This document shows, in pieces, positions 40,258 through 50,967 of a stretch of 64,000 nucleotides of DNA. Position numbers and translations under genes: made by a program. The stretch's first letter is position 1; the number at the start of each line of letters is the position of its first letter. The notes under the pieces were generated by a model, which did not search any database, had not been told where the DNA came from, and saw only the letters and a list, made by a program, of their open reading frames with translations. The stretch is from an uncultured delta proteobacterium. GTDB taxonomy: Bacteria > Desulfobacterota > Binatia > UBA9968. The stretch is taken from the NCBI GenBank assembly GCA_963745835.1, contig CAVUZH010000014.1, positions 480,001 to 544,000 of the forward strand, read 5' to 3'.

Positions 40258-40700
40258 ATGAGAAAACTGTTACTGGCGTTCGCGATGTGGTTTGCTCTCT
40301 CGGGCCTTGCCATGGCAGCAGTGAATATCAATACGGCGACCAAAGAAGAGCTCACCAGCATAAAAGGATTGGCGAGAAACGCGCGCAGGATATTATCGAT
40401 TACCGAATCAAAAACGGGAATTTCAAATCGGTGGATGATCTGGAAAAAGTTTTGGGATAGGTCCCGGCCTGATGAAACAAATCCGGCCGCAGCTGACTAC
40501 CACCGGCAAGACCGTGATCGATCAACCGGCCAAAAAAGGAGCCAAGAGCAAGGCTTCCGATTCAGGTAAATCAACCAAGAGCTCTGAATCCAAGAAAAGC
40601 GGATCGGCCTAAAACTGAATCACCGAAAGCTGATGCGACCAAGGCCGAGCGCGCGAAGGAGAAGACTGCCGAGAAGTCCAAATCGGCGGAAAAAAGTAAC
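40258..40700 (+). CDS. comEA: ComEA-family helix-hairpin-helix DNA-binding protein (three frameshifts; possibly a pseudogene)
   Basis: Signal peptide, VNINTATKEEL..IKG/IGEKRAQDIIDYR..NG.FKSVDDLEKV/GIG, Lys/Ser-rich tail; shifts near 40367, 40453 and 40597. Confidence 0.78.
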
Positions 40701-40718
40701 TCTTGCGGTTTTTAACCG

Positions 40719-40760
40719 ACAACCCCGTCTCGAGTTGTGTGCTCCGGCGGGGTTGTTTTC
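40719..40760 (+). terminator. Rho-independent terminator after comEA
   Basis: ACAACCCCGTC...GGCGGGGTTGT stem followed by TTT. Confidence 0.65.
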
Positions 40761-40876
40761 TCCCCGCGCGCAATGACCATAATCTGAACGGTTCAACGTT
40801 CAATACTCGTACAAATCTCTACGCGAGAACGGGCTTCCACTGCGATCCGATTCATGGATTGAAAAGTCGTGCTCGG

Positions 40877-43837
40877 CTAACCAGGTATTCCTACAGTATT
40901 GTGGCTACGACGAATAGCTCGATCAGCTGAGCTTGAATGATCCTCAACAGTCGGTACTAAAGTTTCCCACAACAACTCGGCGGGATGCTTCGCCCTGCGA
41001 CCGGTCAAGTGTTCGATTTGCTGCCGGCAAGAGATACCGGGAGCGACGATCTCCACATCCTCCCCTGCCGACTTGACCGCCGGCGCAAGTCGCCGATTGC
41101 CTATGGTAACTGAAAGATCATAGTGTTCTTTTTCAAAGCCAAAGGAACCTGCCATGCCGCAGCAGCCTGAATCCACTTCACTAACCTCGAAACCCGCGGC
41201 TTTCAAAATCGCCACGCTCGGTGCCGTTCCGACCAGAGCTTTCTGGTGGCAGTGACCGTGCAGCAGCGCCTTGCCGCGGGGTCCGGAAGATTCAACTGAA
41301 ATTCCGCCCGCCGCTATCTCGTTGACCAGAAACTCCTCTAGAAGAAAGCTTTGCTGGGCCACTTTCTTCGCCGCGCTGGTTCGCAAAAATTCGGGATATT
41401 CGTCACGCAGGGTTAGCAAGCACGAAGGTTCGAGCCCGATGATCGGAACACCGCGTTCGGCAAATGGCGCAAGCTGATCGGTGTTCCATGCGGCATTGTT
41501 TCTCGCTTCGCCCAACATCCCTTTTGAAATCATCGGGCGGCCGCAGCATCGTTTGTTAGCCAGTAGCACACGATAATTCAAATGTTCGAGCAAACAGGTG
41601 GCGGCGATGGCGACATCCGGCGTGTTAAAGTTATTGAAGGTGTCGTGAAACAGCACGACCTCACCTTTGGAGCCGTCTCCTTCCGGATTGTAATTACCGA
41701 ACCAAGACTCAAAAGTTTGGCCGGCGAATTTTGGCAGGGGCCTGCGGCGATCAATACCGGCAAGCTTCTCCATCAGCCAGCGGTTGAACTTGGAACCGGC
41801 AATGCCGTTGGCGATGGGCGCGAACTCCGCGCCGATTCGATTCAAGCGCGCAATGCCGCCGAACAGGCGGTTGCGGAGCGGCAATCCATTGGCGCGGTGG
41901 TAATGGTCGAGAAACTCGTACTTGAGCTTCGCCATATCGACGTTGGACGGACATTCGGCTTTGCACGCTTTGCATTCCAGACAGAGATCCATGATCTCAT
42001 GAAGCCGCTTGCCGGTAAAATCTTCCTTAGGCACCTTGCCGGAGAGAACGGTTCGCAAAGCATTGGCTCGGCCGCGGGTAGAATGCTCCTCATCCAAGGT
42101 GCCCATGTAAGAAGGACACATGGTGCCTTCGAGTTTTTTTCGGCACTCGCCCATACCGCTGCACATTTCGACTGCTCTTGCGAAACCGCCCTGCGCGCTG
42201 AAATCCAGGGTGGTCTGCGGTATCCAAGTTTGGTACTTCGGATGGATCTTGAGAGACTCGGTCATGGCCGGAGCATCGACAATTTTTCCGGGGTTGAGCC
42301 GATTTTTAGGATCGAAGGCGCGTTTGATCTGACGAAATGCTTCATAGAGAACCGGGCCGAAGAGTTTTTTATTGAAGTGGCTGCGCGCCAGCCCATCACC
42401 GTGCTCACCGGACATGGCGCCATCGAACTCGAGGACCAGATCTGAAATCGCGTTGGAAATGGAAACCATTTTGTCGACTTCGTCTGGCTCTTTTAAATTG
42501 ATCAGCGGCCGTATGTGCATGCAGCCTACCGAACAATGGCCGTAGTAGCCGGCGATGGCGTCATGGCTGCTGATGATTTCTTTGAAACGCTTGATGAACT
42601 CCGGCAGCTTGGCCGGCGCAACTGCGGTATCTTCGACAAATGCGATGGGCTTTTTATCACCTTTGGTGCCGAGCAGTAAACCGAGCCCGGCTTTGCGAAC
42701 TCCCCAAATCGCTTTGACCTCTTCTGGCTTGTAAGCTTGGGTAGCGGCATAGCCGATGCGCTGTGCCGCGCGAAGATCTTCAAGCTTGCTCACCTGCGCT
42801 TTAACCTCGTCCTCGGTTTCACCGGCATACTCCACCATCAGTAACGATTCAGGTTCTCCTTGGATAAATCCCAGCTTGCGCGACTGTTCGATATTGCCGC
42901 GGGCGAGATTGAGGATCATCTTGTCAGTGGATTCCATCGCATAGGGCGCCGTCTGCAAGACCAGCTGAGAACATTCGAGCGCCTCCTGATCGTTATGAAA
43001 ATGTATAACATCCATCGCCGTCCACTTGGGCTTCGCCACTAAGCGCATTTTCGCTTCCACAATCGTGGCAAGTGTTCCCTCGGAGCCGGTGATGATACGC
43101 GCAAGGTTAAACGGCTGCGACTTTATGAACTCATCGAGATTGTACCCGGATACCCGGCGCATGATCTTTGGGTAGCGTGCAAGGATTTCGTTTTTGTGTT
43201 CTTCCGCTAAACGGGAGACCTCCCGGTACAGTTGCCCTTCGAGACCGTCCGCTCGCATCTTGCGATCAAGGGCGTCCGCAGAAACATCCTTGAGCACCAC
43301 CTCACTTCCATCAGACAAAAGCACGGTCAGCTCTACGACATGATCGAGGGTTTTACCATAAGTCAGTGAGTGGGCGCCGGCCGAGTTGTTGCCGATCATC
43401 CCAGCGATGGTGGCGCGATTGGAGGTCGAGGTATCGGGTCCAAACTGGAGACCCATCGAACGCACATGGGCGTTGAGCTCGTCCTGCACCAATCCGGGTT
43501 GCACCCGGCACCAGAGCTCTTCCTTGTTTACCTCCAGGACGTTGCGCATGTACTTGGAGAAGTCCAGCACGATTGCATGGCCCACTGTCTGCCCGGCAAG
43601 CGACGTACCGCCGCCTCTGGAGAGAATCGGAACCTGAAACCGATTCGCGATCTCAATAGCTGCCTGCACGTCACCCTTATGGCGCGGCACGACAACACCG
43701 ATGGGTTCAATCTGGTAAATCGACGCATCGGTTGAATACAGCAGAAGCGTATAACGGTCGAACTTGACCTCTCCTTCAAGCCGCTTGCGCAGTTCGGCCG
43801 CAACATTCTCATATTGGCTTTCTATCGGTGCACCCAT
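40877..43837 (-). CDS. FAD-binding and Fe-S-binding oxidoreductase (GlcD/GlcF fusion, YdiJ-like)
   Basis: RGGGTSLAGQ, SGEHGDG, LNPGK, CLECKACKAECP, CCG domains. Confidence 0.93.
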   Translation of the reverse strand: MGAPIESQYENVAAELRKRLEGEVKFDRYTLLLYSTDASIYQIEPIGVVVPRHKGDVQAAIEIANRFQVPILSRGGGTSLAGQTVGHAIVLDFSKYMRNVLEVNKEELWCRVQPGLVQDELNAHVRSMGLQFGPDTSTSNRATIAGMIGNNSAGAHSLTYGKTLDHVVELTVLLSDGSEVVLKDVSADALDRKMRADGLEGQLYREVSRLAEEHKNEILARYPKIMRRVSGYNLDEFIKSQPFNLARIITGSEGTLATIVEAKMRLVAKPKWTAMDVIHFHNDQEALECSQLVLQTAPYAMESTDKMILNLARGNIEQSRKLGFIQGEPESLLMVEYAGETEDEVKAQVSKLEDLRAAQRIGYAATQAYKPEEVKAIWGVRKAGLGLLLGTKGDKKPIAFVEDTAVAPAKLPEFIKRFKEIISSHDAIAGYYGHCSVGCMHIRPLINLKEPDEVDKMVSISNAISDLVLEFDGAMSGEHGDGLARSHFNKKLFGPVLYEAFRQIKRAFDPKNRLNPGKIVDAPAMTESLKIHPKYQTWIPQTTLDFSAQGGFARAVEMCSGMGECRKKLEGTMCPSYMGTLDEEHSTRGRANALRTVLSGKVPKEDFTGKRLHEIMDLCLECKACKAECPSNVDMAKLKYEFLDHYHRANGLPLRNRLFGGIARLNRIGAEFAPIANGIAGSKFNRWLMEKLAGIDRRRPLPKFAGQTFESWFGNYNPEGDGSKGEVVLFHDTFNNFNTPDVAIAATCLLEHLNYRVLLANKRCCGRPMISKGMLGEARNNAAWNTDQLAPFAERGVPIIGLEPSCLLTLRDEYPEFLRTSAAKKVAQQSFLLEEFLVNEIAAGGISVESSGPRGKALLHGHCHQKALVGTAPSVAILKAAGFEVSEVDSGCCGMAGSFGFEKEHYDLSVTIGNRRLAPAVKSAGEDVEIVAPGISCRQQIEHLTGRRAKHPAELLWETLVPTVEDHSSSADRAIRRSHNTVGIPG

Positions 43838-44057
43838 GGATATCCCTTCGACAATTTTGACCTTTCAGGATTTCGTACACCGTTCCAACGTAACACTAAG
43901 ACACCGGCGGAAACCAGAGCGGCAGGATCGCGCATAGTTGAATTTCGATAGCAATGCCGGTGTCTCTTTGGCAGTAAAGAGTGACGATTCGTTGAATATT
44001 TCAGGTCGGCGCAATCACGGAAGTCGCACGAGACCTTCAGCATGTCGTTATGGAAAT

Positions 44058-44768
44058 TCACAGCAGCGCCTTAGCAAGGTCGAAAACGCTATAGAACATC
44101 GGCTGCGTTAACTTACCAGTGAAAGTATTTTGTTGGCTGGGGTGATAGGAACAGATCAACGTAACGTCACCCGGCAGAGCTGTCGCAATCCCATGTCCGA
44201 ACTTCGGTCGCGGATTTGGAATCATCCTGCCCGCTTCTTTATACGCCTTTAGAAAAGAATCGAAAGCGATTTTTCCAAGAACGACGACCACGCGAACCTG
44301 CTTCATTAAATTTATTTCGTGAACAAGAAAAGGGCGGCACCTTTCAAACTCGATCAACGCAGGCTTATTCAACGGCGGCGCGCAATGAACCGCGGCGGTG
44401 ATATAGCAGTTGGTTAACTCCAGACCGTCATCGCGATGTTCCGATGTCGGCCGGTTGGCAAATCCGAATGCATGGAGCGCGCCGTAAAGCCAGTCACCGC
44501 TTCTGTCTCCGGTAAACATCCGTCCAGTCCGGTTGCCACCGTTGGCTGCGGGGGCAAGCCCGACGATTAAAAGCCGGGCGTGAGGGTCACCGAATCCAGC
44601 AAGCGGTTTGGCCCAATATTTAACTCCATGATAGCGCCGCGGTGGAATCTTAGCACAAGTTTCACGCCAGCGAACCAGCCGCGGACACCTTCGACATTGC
44701 ACAATCCGTGTATTCGATGCATCCAGCGCTTTAGCAAGCTCATCAATAGCCACCGTTCCGACCTCCAC
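44058..44768 (-). CDS. Uracil-DNA glycosylase family 5 (UdgB type)
   Basis: CRRCPRL Fe-S ligands, GLAPAANG.NRTGRMFTGD, HPSQQN. Confidence 0.92.
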   Translation of the reverse strand: MEVGTVAIDELAKALDASNTRIVQCRRCPRLVRWRETCAKIPPRRYHGVKYWAKPLAGFGDPHARLLIVGLAPAANGGNRTGRMFTGDRSGDWLYGALHAFGFANRPTSEHRDDGLELTNCYITAAVHCAPPLNKPALIEFERCRPFLVHEINLMKQVRVVVVLGKIAFDSFLKAYKEAGRMIPNPRPKFGHGIATALPGDVTLICSYHPSQQNTFTGKLTQPMFYSVFDLAKALL

Positions 44769-45073
44769 TAATTGATGAGACGACTATCTCACAACCTGCA
44801 TCGATTCAGTAGCGCACATGAGATGGAGCGGCTGTCCACGGTTGAACAGGTAAGAAGGTTGGCTTGCCTAAAAGTTAATCCTGATTATCGCTCAATAATT
44901 ACAGACGCAATACGCTCAAATCCAAACCTCGCAGATACTTGCCGTAGCGGGTTGGCCCCGTTAGACTATTTTTTGCCATTGACGCGATAGAAAACCAACT
45001 CCAGTCATCGAGTCACTACGGGGGTGGCTTGCTCACCGTGCCCTCCAAAAACACGCCGCCAAAGGGAGAGAAC

Positions 45074-46493
45074 ATGGACACAAATGAGTACCGTATCGAG
45101 CCCGATTCCATGGGTAAGGTGCGGGTGTCGAAGAGCGCCTACGAAGACCGCCTACTATGGAGCGCAGACTCAGCGCGCCGTGGAGAATTTTCCGATCAGC
45201 GGAGTGGTTTTCCCGGCCATCTTCATCCATCGATTAGGTCTGGTTGCATATGCCGCTGCCGTGGCCAATGAGGTTCTGGGCTTGTTAGATAGCCAAATCG
45301 CCGGCGCCAGCCATGATGCTGCCAGGGAAGTTGTCCCAGGAAAACACGACACCGAGTTTGTTGTCGAAATCTTTCAAACCGGATCAGCGACTTCCACCAA
45401 CATGGACGCCAATGAGGTGATTGCCAACCGCGCGCTCGAATTGATTGGAAAAAATCGCGGCGGCAAAGAAATTCACCCGAACGCTCATGTGAATATCGGG
45501 CAATCGAGTAACGATGTCATCCCCACTGCTATTCACATAGCCTCGCTTGAAGCGATCAGCAAAAATCTTTTGCCGGGTCTGATTCGCCTCGAAAGCCCGC
45601 TGCAACAAAAGGCAGAAGTTTTCGAAGATTGTGAAGATCGGCCGGACGCACCTGAATGACGCTACGCCGATTCGATTGGGTCAAGAATTTAGCGGTTATG
45701 GGCGCCAAATTGAGCTTGCGATCGAACGCATCCAAGATGCCGCGAAAGGCCTGCAAGAACTTGCTCTTGGCGGCGCGGCGGTGGGCACCGGCATCAATAC
45801 CCATCCGCAATTTGCTGCGCAAGCAATCAAAAATCATCTCCGCAGAGACCGGCCTCCCCTTTCGCGAGGCGGAGAATCACTTTCAGGCACAGGCGGGACG
45901 GGATGCCTCGGTCCATGTCAGCGGGGCGCTCAAGACTTTGGCGGTGAGTTTGATCAAAATAGCTAATGATCTACGTTGGCTTGCTTCGGGACCGAGCTGC
46001 GCGATCGGCGCGATCGGGTTACCGGACACACAGCCCGGTTCGGCGATCATGCCGGGCAAAGTCAATCCGGTTCTCTGTGAATCGGTCATCCAAGTCGCGG
46101 CTCATGTCGTCGGCTGCGACACGACGAATACGCTTCGCGGCCAAACGGGGAATTTCGAATTGAATGTGACGATGCCAGTTGTTACGCTTAAACTGCTGGA
46201 GGCGATTGAATTTACCGCTAATGCAATCAATGCATTGACTGAAAAATGCGTCATCGGTTCGAGGCGAACGAACCTCGTTGCAGGGAGCTGGTTGAAACAA
46301 GCCTCGCCATGGTAACCGCGCTGGCTCCGTTAATCGGTTATGATGCCATCGCGGCCGTTGCGCATGAAGCGGTTGCGACCGGCAAGACCGTTCGGGAGTG
46401 GCGCAGCTCAAGACTGCGCTTACTCCGGAGCAACTCGACAAAGCTTTGGACCCGTGGAGCATGACCATGCCGGGACGAGAAAAGGAGCAGTAA
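45074..46493 (+). pseudogene. fumC: Class II fumarate hydratase pseudogene
   Basis: YRIE.DSMG, YGAQTQRA, QSSND, KIGRTH, IMPGKVNP spread over three frames; at least 5 frame breaks including a 13-bp tandem duplication (45130-45155). Confidence 0.9.
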
Positions 46494-46672
46494 GTCAGCG
46501 CGTGCAAAGCAGTTTTTTTTCTGTTATAAGCCGAGCTTAATCCATATTATTGAAAGGAGTTTTGAGGTGTCAACGGCCACAGCCGGCTAACACGTAAATT
46601 TATCTTTGCATCAACAACCATAATGGTGAGAGCCCTTTTTGCGGCAAGTGACGGTGCGGACATTGCGTAAGA

Positions 46673-46688
46673 TGTGAAGAAAATCACC
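46673..46688. promoter_or_regulatory. Possible CRP/FNR- or Rex-type site upstream of the sdh operon
   Basis: TGTGA-agaaaa-TCACC, 9/10 match to TGTGA-N6-TCACA. Confidence 0.3.
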
Positions 46689-46974
46689 AGTGATCAAAAG
46701 AATTTTTCCGTAGATCGTTGAAACTTACATGAAACTAGAAGAAGCGGATAACTAAAAGAGGAAACCGCCGCGGCCAAGTAAGTGCCCTTGCGCATCAGCA
46801 GTCGCCTGCCACAGTTCCACTGAAGCGAGAGCCACGGTTTCCTGTTTTCGATTTGAGCTAAACCGCGGCTTAGGATCAATCGAATGTCCTGTTTGAAAAT
46901 CTTCAGCTTGCGCGAGTTTAACGGCAACAGCTACGCCGAATAGAATGAACTAGTAAATTTTAAAGGACGCAAAC

Positions 46975-47739
46975 GTGAGCGATAAAACTCTAACCCTAGA
47001 CCAGTTCCGTACGTTACGAAAAGATACCTGGTGGAAAGAGCCGCTGATGGTGGTTCTAGTGCTCGGCGGTTTCGCCATTTACGCTACCTGGGCGGCCTTG
47101 CAGAATGCCCATTACTATGTGGCGCCTTACTTGTCGCCGTTCTACTCGCCGTGCATCGCGGAAAACTGCGCTCATGTTTCCGTTCCGCTGGTGGGCTCGT
47201 GGTGGAATCTGTCGCCGGCATTCTTGATTTTATGGATTCCGGGCGGATTTCGCGCCACCTGCTACTACTATCGCAAAGCTTATTATCGATCTTTTTTCTT
47301 ATCGCCTCCGGCTTGCGCTGTGCGGGACGCCTCGAAATCCTACAGCGGTGAAACCCGCTTCCCGTTCCTGTTGCAAAATCTTCACCGCTATTTCTTCTAT
47401 TTATCGATCTTGATTTTGGCTTTTCTCTGGTGGGACACGGTTTTGGCATTTCAATTCCCGGATGGTTTCGGCATGGGTTTAGGGACCGTCGTCATCCTCG
47501 TCAATGCTATTCTTCTGACCCTGTTCAGTCTTTCTTGCAACTCATGCCGGCATGTGTGCGGTGGTTACGTCGATTCATTCCATAGCGCGCCAACGCGATA
47601 CAAGGTTTGGAATTTAATAAGCCGGCTTAACGGGCGGCATATGGAGTACGCCTGGGTAAGTTTGATTTGGGTTGCTTTGACTGATCTTTACGTCCGGCTG
47701 CTATCGATGGGCGTCATTCAGGATTTGAGGTTCTTTTAA
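46975..47739 (+). CDS. Succinate dehydrogenase membrane anchor, mycobacterial Sdh1 (Rv0249c) type
   Basis: YLSPFYSPC, FRATCYYYRKAYYR, YSGETRFP, NLHRY, SCNSCRH; stop overlaps the flavoprotein start. Confidence 0.9.
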   Translation: MSDKTLTLDQFRTLRKDTWWKEPLMVVLVLGGFAIYATWAALQNAHYYVAPYLSPFYSPCIAENCAHVSVPLVGSWWNLSPAFLILWIPGGFRATCYYYRKAYYRSFFLSPPACAVRDASKSYSGETRFPFLLQNLHRYFFYLSILILAFLWWDTVLAFQFPDGFGMGLGTVVILVNAILLTLFSLSCNSCRHVCGGYVDSFHSAPTRYKVWNLISRLNGRHMEYAWVSLIWVALTDLYVRLLSMGVIQDLRFF

Positions 47740-49538
47740 TGGCTGAAGAAAAGTATGAAACCCACGACTACGATGTAGTCATTATCGGTGCCGGAGGCGC
47801 CGGCCTGCGCGCCGCGGTAGAGGCTTCGGCACAAGGAGCCAGAACCGCCCTAGTCTGCAAATCACTTTTGGGCAAGGCTCACACCGTTATGGCCGAAGGA
47901 GGCATCGCCGCGGCCATGGGCAACGTTTATCCGGAAGACAACTGGAAGGTTCATTTTCGCGATACCATGCGCGGTGGCAAGCTTCTCAACAACTGGCGGA
48001 TGGCGCAGATCCACGCCCAAGAATCGCCGGATCGCGTACTTGAGCTCGAAGAATGGGGTGCGCTGTTCGACCGGACCCACGATGGTCTGATTTTGCAGCG
48101 CGATTTCGGCGGACACCGTTATGCTCGGCTGGCGCATGTCGGCGACCGCACCGGCCTCGAAATGATCCGCACGCTTCAACAGCACGCGGTTCACAAGGGC
48201 ATTGACGTCTACATGGAGTGCAACCTTCAACGACTACTGATGGACGGCGGAAAGATCAGTGGCGCCTTCGGCTACTGGAGGGAAACCGGCAAATTCATCG
48301 TCTTCAAGTGCAAGGCCGTCGTGCTCGCAACCGGCGGCGGCGGCAAAGCCTGGAAGGTTACGTCCAACTCTTGGGAGTATACCGGCGACGGCGTAACCAT
48401 GGCCATGGATGTAGGTGCTGATTTGATGGACATGGAATTTATGCAATTCCATCCTACCGGCATGGTCTGGCCGCCAAGCGTCCGTGGGATCCTAGTGACA
48501 GAAGGGGTGCGGGGTGATGGGGGCACGCTCAAGAACACCAAGAATGAGCGATTCATGTTCAACTACATCCCGGAGTTTTTTCGCGCCGAAACGGCTGACA
48601 CGGAAAAGGAAGCGGATGCCTGGTATGAAGACAAGAGGAACAACCGGCGAACCCCCGACCTACTGCCCCGCGACGAGGTCGCACGCGCGATCAACTCCGA
48701 AGTCAAAGCCGGCCGCGGCACGCCGCATGGCGGAGTATTTTTAGACATTGCCTCCCGCCGGCCAGCCGACTACATCCAACGCCGCCTCCCGTCGATGTAT
48801 CATCAGTTCAAGGAGCTCGCAGACGTTGACATCACCAAGGAGCCCATGGAAGTGGGCCCGACTTGCCACTACAGCATGGGCGGGGTGAGAGTAGACGCAG
48901 ACAGCACCGCGACTAGTGTCCCTGGCCTGTTCGCTGCAGGTGAAGTTGCCGCGGGATTGCACGGCGCAAACCGTCTCGGCGGCAATTCGCTTTCGGATCT
49001 GTTGGTGTTCGGCCGGCGCGCGGGCCTGTACGCCGCGGAGTATGCCAAGGCCAATCGCGCCGTTAATGTAGATGCCGGCCAAATTGACCTGTATGCCAGA
49101 GAGCTATTGTCACCTTTTGAAAGTAAGGGCAACGAAAACCCGTATTCAGTGCATGCAGACTTACAGGACTGCATGCAGAACTTGGTGGGCATCATTCGCA
49201 CCGAGTCGGAGCTTAAGAAAGCTCTTGATGTCATCGGCCGGCTGAAAGCGCGCGCACGCAATCTTAAAGTGGGGGGCAATCGGCAGTATAACCCAGGCTG
49301 GCATCTCGCGCTGGATCTTCATTCGCTGCTGTCGTTTGCAGAAGCGGCCACCATTGCGGCAATCGAGCGCAAAGAAAGCCGCGGTGGACATACGCGGGAC
49401 GATTATCCGAATACCGACCCGAAGTTCGCCAAAACTAATATCGTCATTCGACGAAAGAACGGCGACCTGACGGCTTCACAAGAACCTCTTCCGGAGATGC
49501 CCGATGAATTGAAAATATTGCTTGAGGAGAAAAAGTAA
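47739..49538 (+). CDS. sdhA: Succinate dehydrogenase/fumarate reductase flavoprotein subunit
   Basis: GAGGAG, AHTVMAEGG (covalent FAD His), QFHPTG, HYSMGG, HGANRLGGNSL, ESRG. Confidence 0.95.
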   Translation: MAEEKYETHDYDVVIIGAGGAGLRAAVEASAQGARTALVCKSLLGKAHTVMAEGGIAAAMGNVYPEDNWKVHFRDTMRGGKLLNNWRMAQIHAQESPDRVLELEEWGALFDRTHDGLILQRDFGGHRYARLAHVGDRTGLEMIRTLQQHAVHKGIDVYMECNLQRLLMDGGKISGAFGYWRETGKFIVFKCKAVVLATGGGGKAWKVTSNSWEYTGDGVTMAMDVGADLMDMEFMQFHPTGMVWPPSVRGILVTEGVRGDGGTLKNTKNERFMFNYIPEFFRAETADTEKEADAWYEDKRNNRRTPDLLPRDEVARAINSEVKAGRGTPHGGVFLDIASRRPADYIQRRLPSMYHQFKELADVDITKEPMEVGPTCHYSMGGVRVDADSTATSVPGLFAAGEVAAGLHGANRLGGNSLSDLLVFGRRAGLYAAEYAKANRAVNVDAGQIDLYARELLSPFESKGNENPYSVHADLQDCMQNLVGIIRTESELKKALDVIGRLKARARNLKVGGNRQYNPGWHLALDLHSLLSFAEAATIAAIERKESRGGHTRDDYPNTDPKFAKTNIVIRRKNGDLTASQEPLPEMPDELKILLEEKK

Positions 49539-50293
49539 TGGCTGCACAACAAGTGCATATGCAAGTGTGGCGAGGCGATGTCAGCGGGGGCGAATTTAGA
49601 GACTACCGGGTGGAGGCCGGCGAAGGCATGGTGGTGCTGGACGTCATCCACGCCATTCAGGCGCAACATGCAAATGATTTGGCGGTTCGCTGGAATTGCA
49701 AAGCCGGGAAGTGCGGCTCCTGTAGCGCCGAGATCAACGGCAAACCGCGGCTGATGTGCATGACTCGAATGAACACGTTTCAGCCCGGCGAGACGATCAC
49801 CGTTTCCCCGATCAAAACGTTTCCGATTATTCGTGACCTAGTCACTGATGTCTCGTACAATTACGAAAAGGCACGGCAGGTCCCAGCCTTCAAGCCAAAA
49901 CCAAAGGAATCCGATGGCACTCGGCGCATGTTTCAAGAAGACATCGATCGCGTACAAGAATTTCATAAATGCATCGAATGTTTTCTATGCCAGAACGTCT
50001 GTCACGTCATTCGCGATCACGAGGATAACAAGAAGAAGTTTGCCGGACCACGGCTCTTTGTGCGGTTGGCGGCTTTGGAGATGCATCCGCTCGATACCAA
50101 TGATCGCATCGATTTAATCAAGCAGAAAGCCGGAATCGGTTTCTGTAATATCACCAAATGCTGTACCGAGGTATGTCCCGAACACATACATATTACGGAC
50201 AATGCTATAATTCCTTTGAAAGAACGCATCGTCGACAGGTACTTTGATCCGATCGCAAAACTGATGGGGCTATTTTCTGAGAAGAAGAGATGA
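49538..50293 (+). CDS. sdhB: Succinate dehydrogenase/fumarate reductase iron-sulfur subunit
   Basis: CKAGKCGSC...C, CIECFLCQNVC, CNITKCCTEVCP. Confidence 0.95.
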   Translation: MAAQQVHMQVWRGDVSGGEFRDYRVEAGEGMVVLDVIHAIQAQHANDLAVRWNCKAGKCGSCSAEINGKPRLMCMTRMNTFQPGETITVSPIKTFPIIRDLVTDVSYNYEKARQVPAFKPKPKESDGTRRMFQEDIDRVQEFHKCIECFLCQNVCHVIRDHEDNKKKFAGPRLFVRLAALEMHPLDTNDRIDLIKQKAGIGFCNITKCCTEVCPEHIHITDNAIIPLKERIVDRYFDPIAKLMGLFSEKKR

Positions 50294-50344
50294 AGGTGGG
50301 CGTCGTCGATCACCCTACTCTGCGCGGCGAGCCGGATCGTCGAA

Positions 50345-50863
50345 TTATCTGCTCTGCTCTAGACGATTACTACGCTTCAAATACATCCGCACCCAGTACT
50401 CGTACAGCGTCGCCACCGTGAAATCCTCTGTTACGGTGCCCTTCTGCGGTGACTCGTATTCGATTTCGATTTTTTCTTCGTCCTTGCGAACCGACAGTAG
50501 CCGCGCTTGTTTCTGATCGACAAGCGCTCCCACAGCGCGAACGATCTGCGAGGCCGAGTGAGCATCGGGGCTGCCAAGATTACCGCGCTTCGATCGTCCC
50601 TCATCGTCCATATGACTTAACTGCTCGGGCGTATAGCGCAGCTCAACCGACTCCCATTCGTCGACCTCGGCAGGTCGATTAGAACGAAATAGTTGCCAAA
50701 ATCCCCGCTGGGACAGGTTATTAACCGCTTGATCTCTGTGCTTGCGCCCCCGAACAATAACCGTGTCGCCTTCCATCGTCAATGAAAAGGATTCCATTTG
50801 GAGTGACTCCAGCGCTTGACCTACCGGACGAAGCAACTGTGTATAACTGTGACTGCTATTCAA
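50345..50863 (-). CDS. Hypothetical protein, paralog of 50968-51492
   Basis: Shared LLRPVGQ.LE.L..ESFSL, HS.SQ..R.VGALVD.K..RLL and LY..WVR.Y. Confidence 0.8.
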   Translation of the reverse strand: MNSSHSYTQLLRPVGQALESLQMESFSLTMEGDTVIVRGRKHRDQAVNNLSQRGFWQLFRSNRPAEVDEWESVELRYTPEQLSHMDDEGRSKRGNLGSPDAHSASQIVRAVGALVDQKQARLLSVRKDEEKIEIEYESPQKGTVTEDFTVATLYEYWVRMYLKRSNRLEQSR

Positions 50864-50967
50864 CGCGAAACCCCTAACTTTATCGAATTCCCTGAAGCGA
50901 TATTCTTCTTGTCGTCGCCTTCGGTTCAGTTTTCAGAATTGAACCGGCTGATCAGTGCTTCGGCTAT

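Noticed and set aside
41582-42445. Long antisense or alternate-frame ORFs (also 9353-10117, 30462-31115, 58405-59166)
   Set aside because: Shadow ORFs overlapping well-supported genes, with no recognisable motifs.
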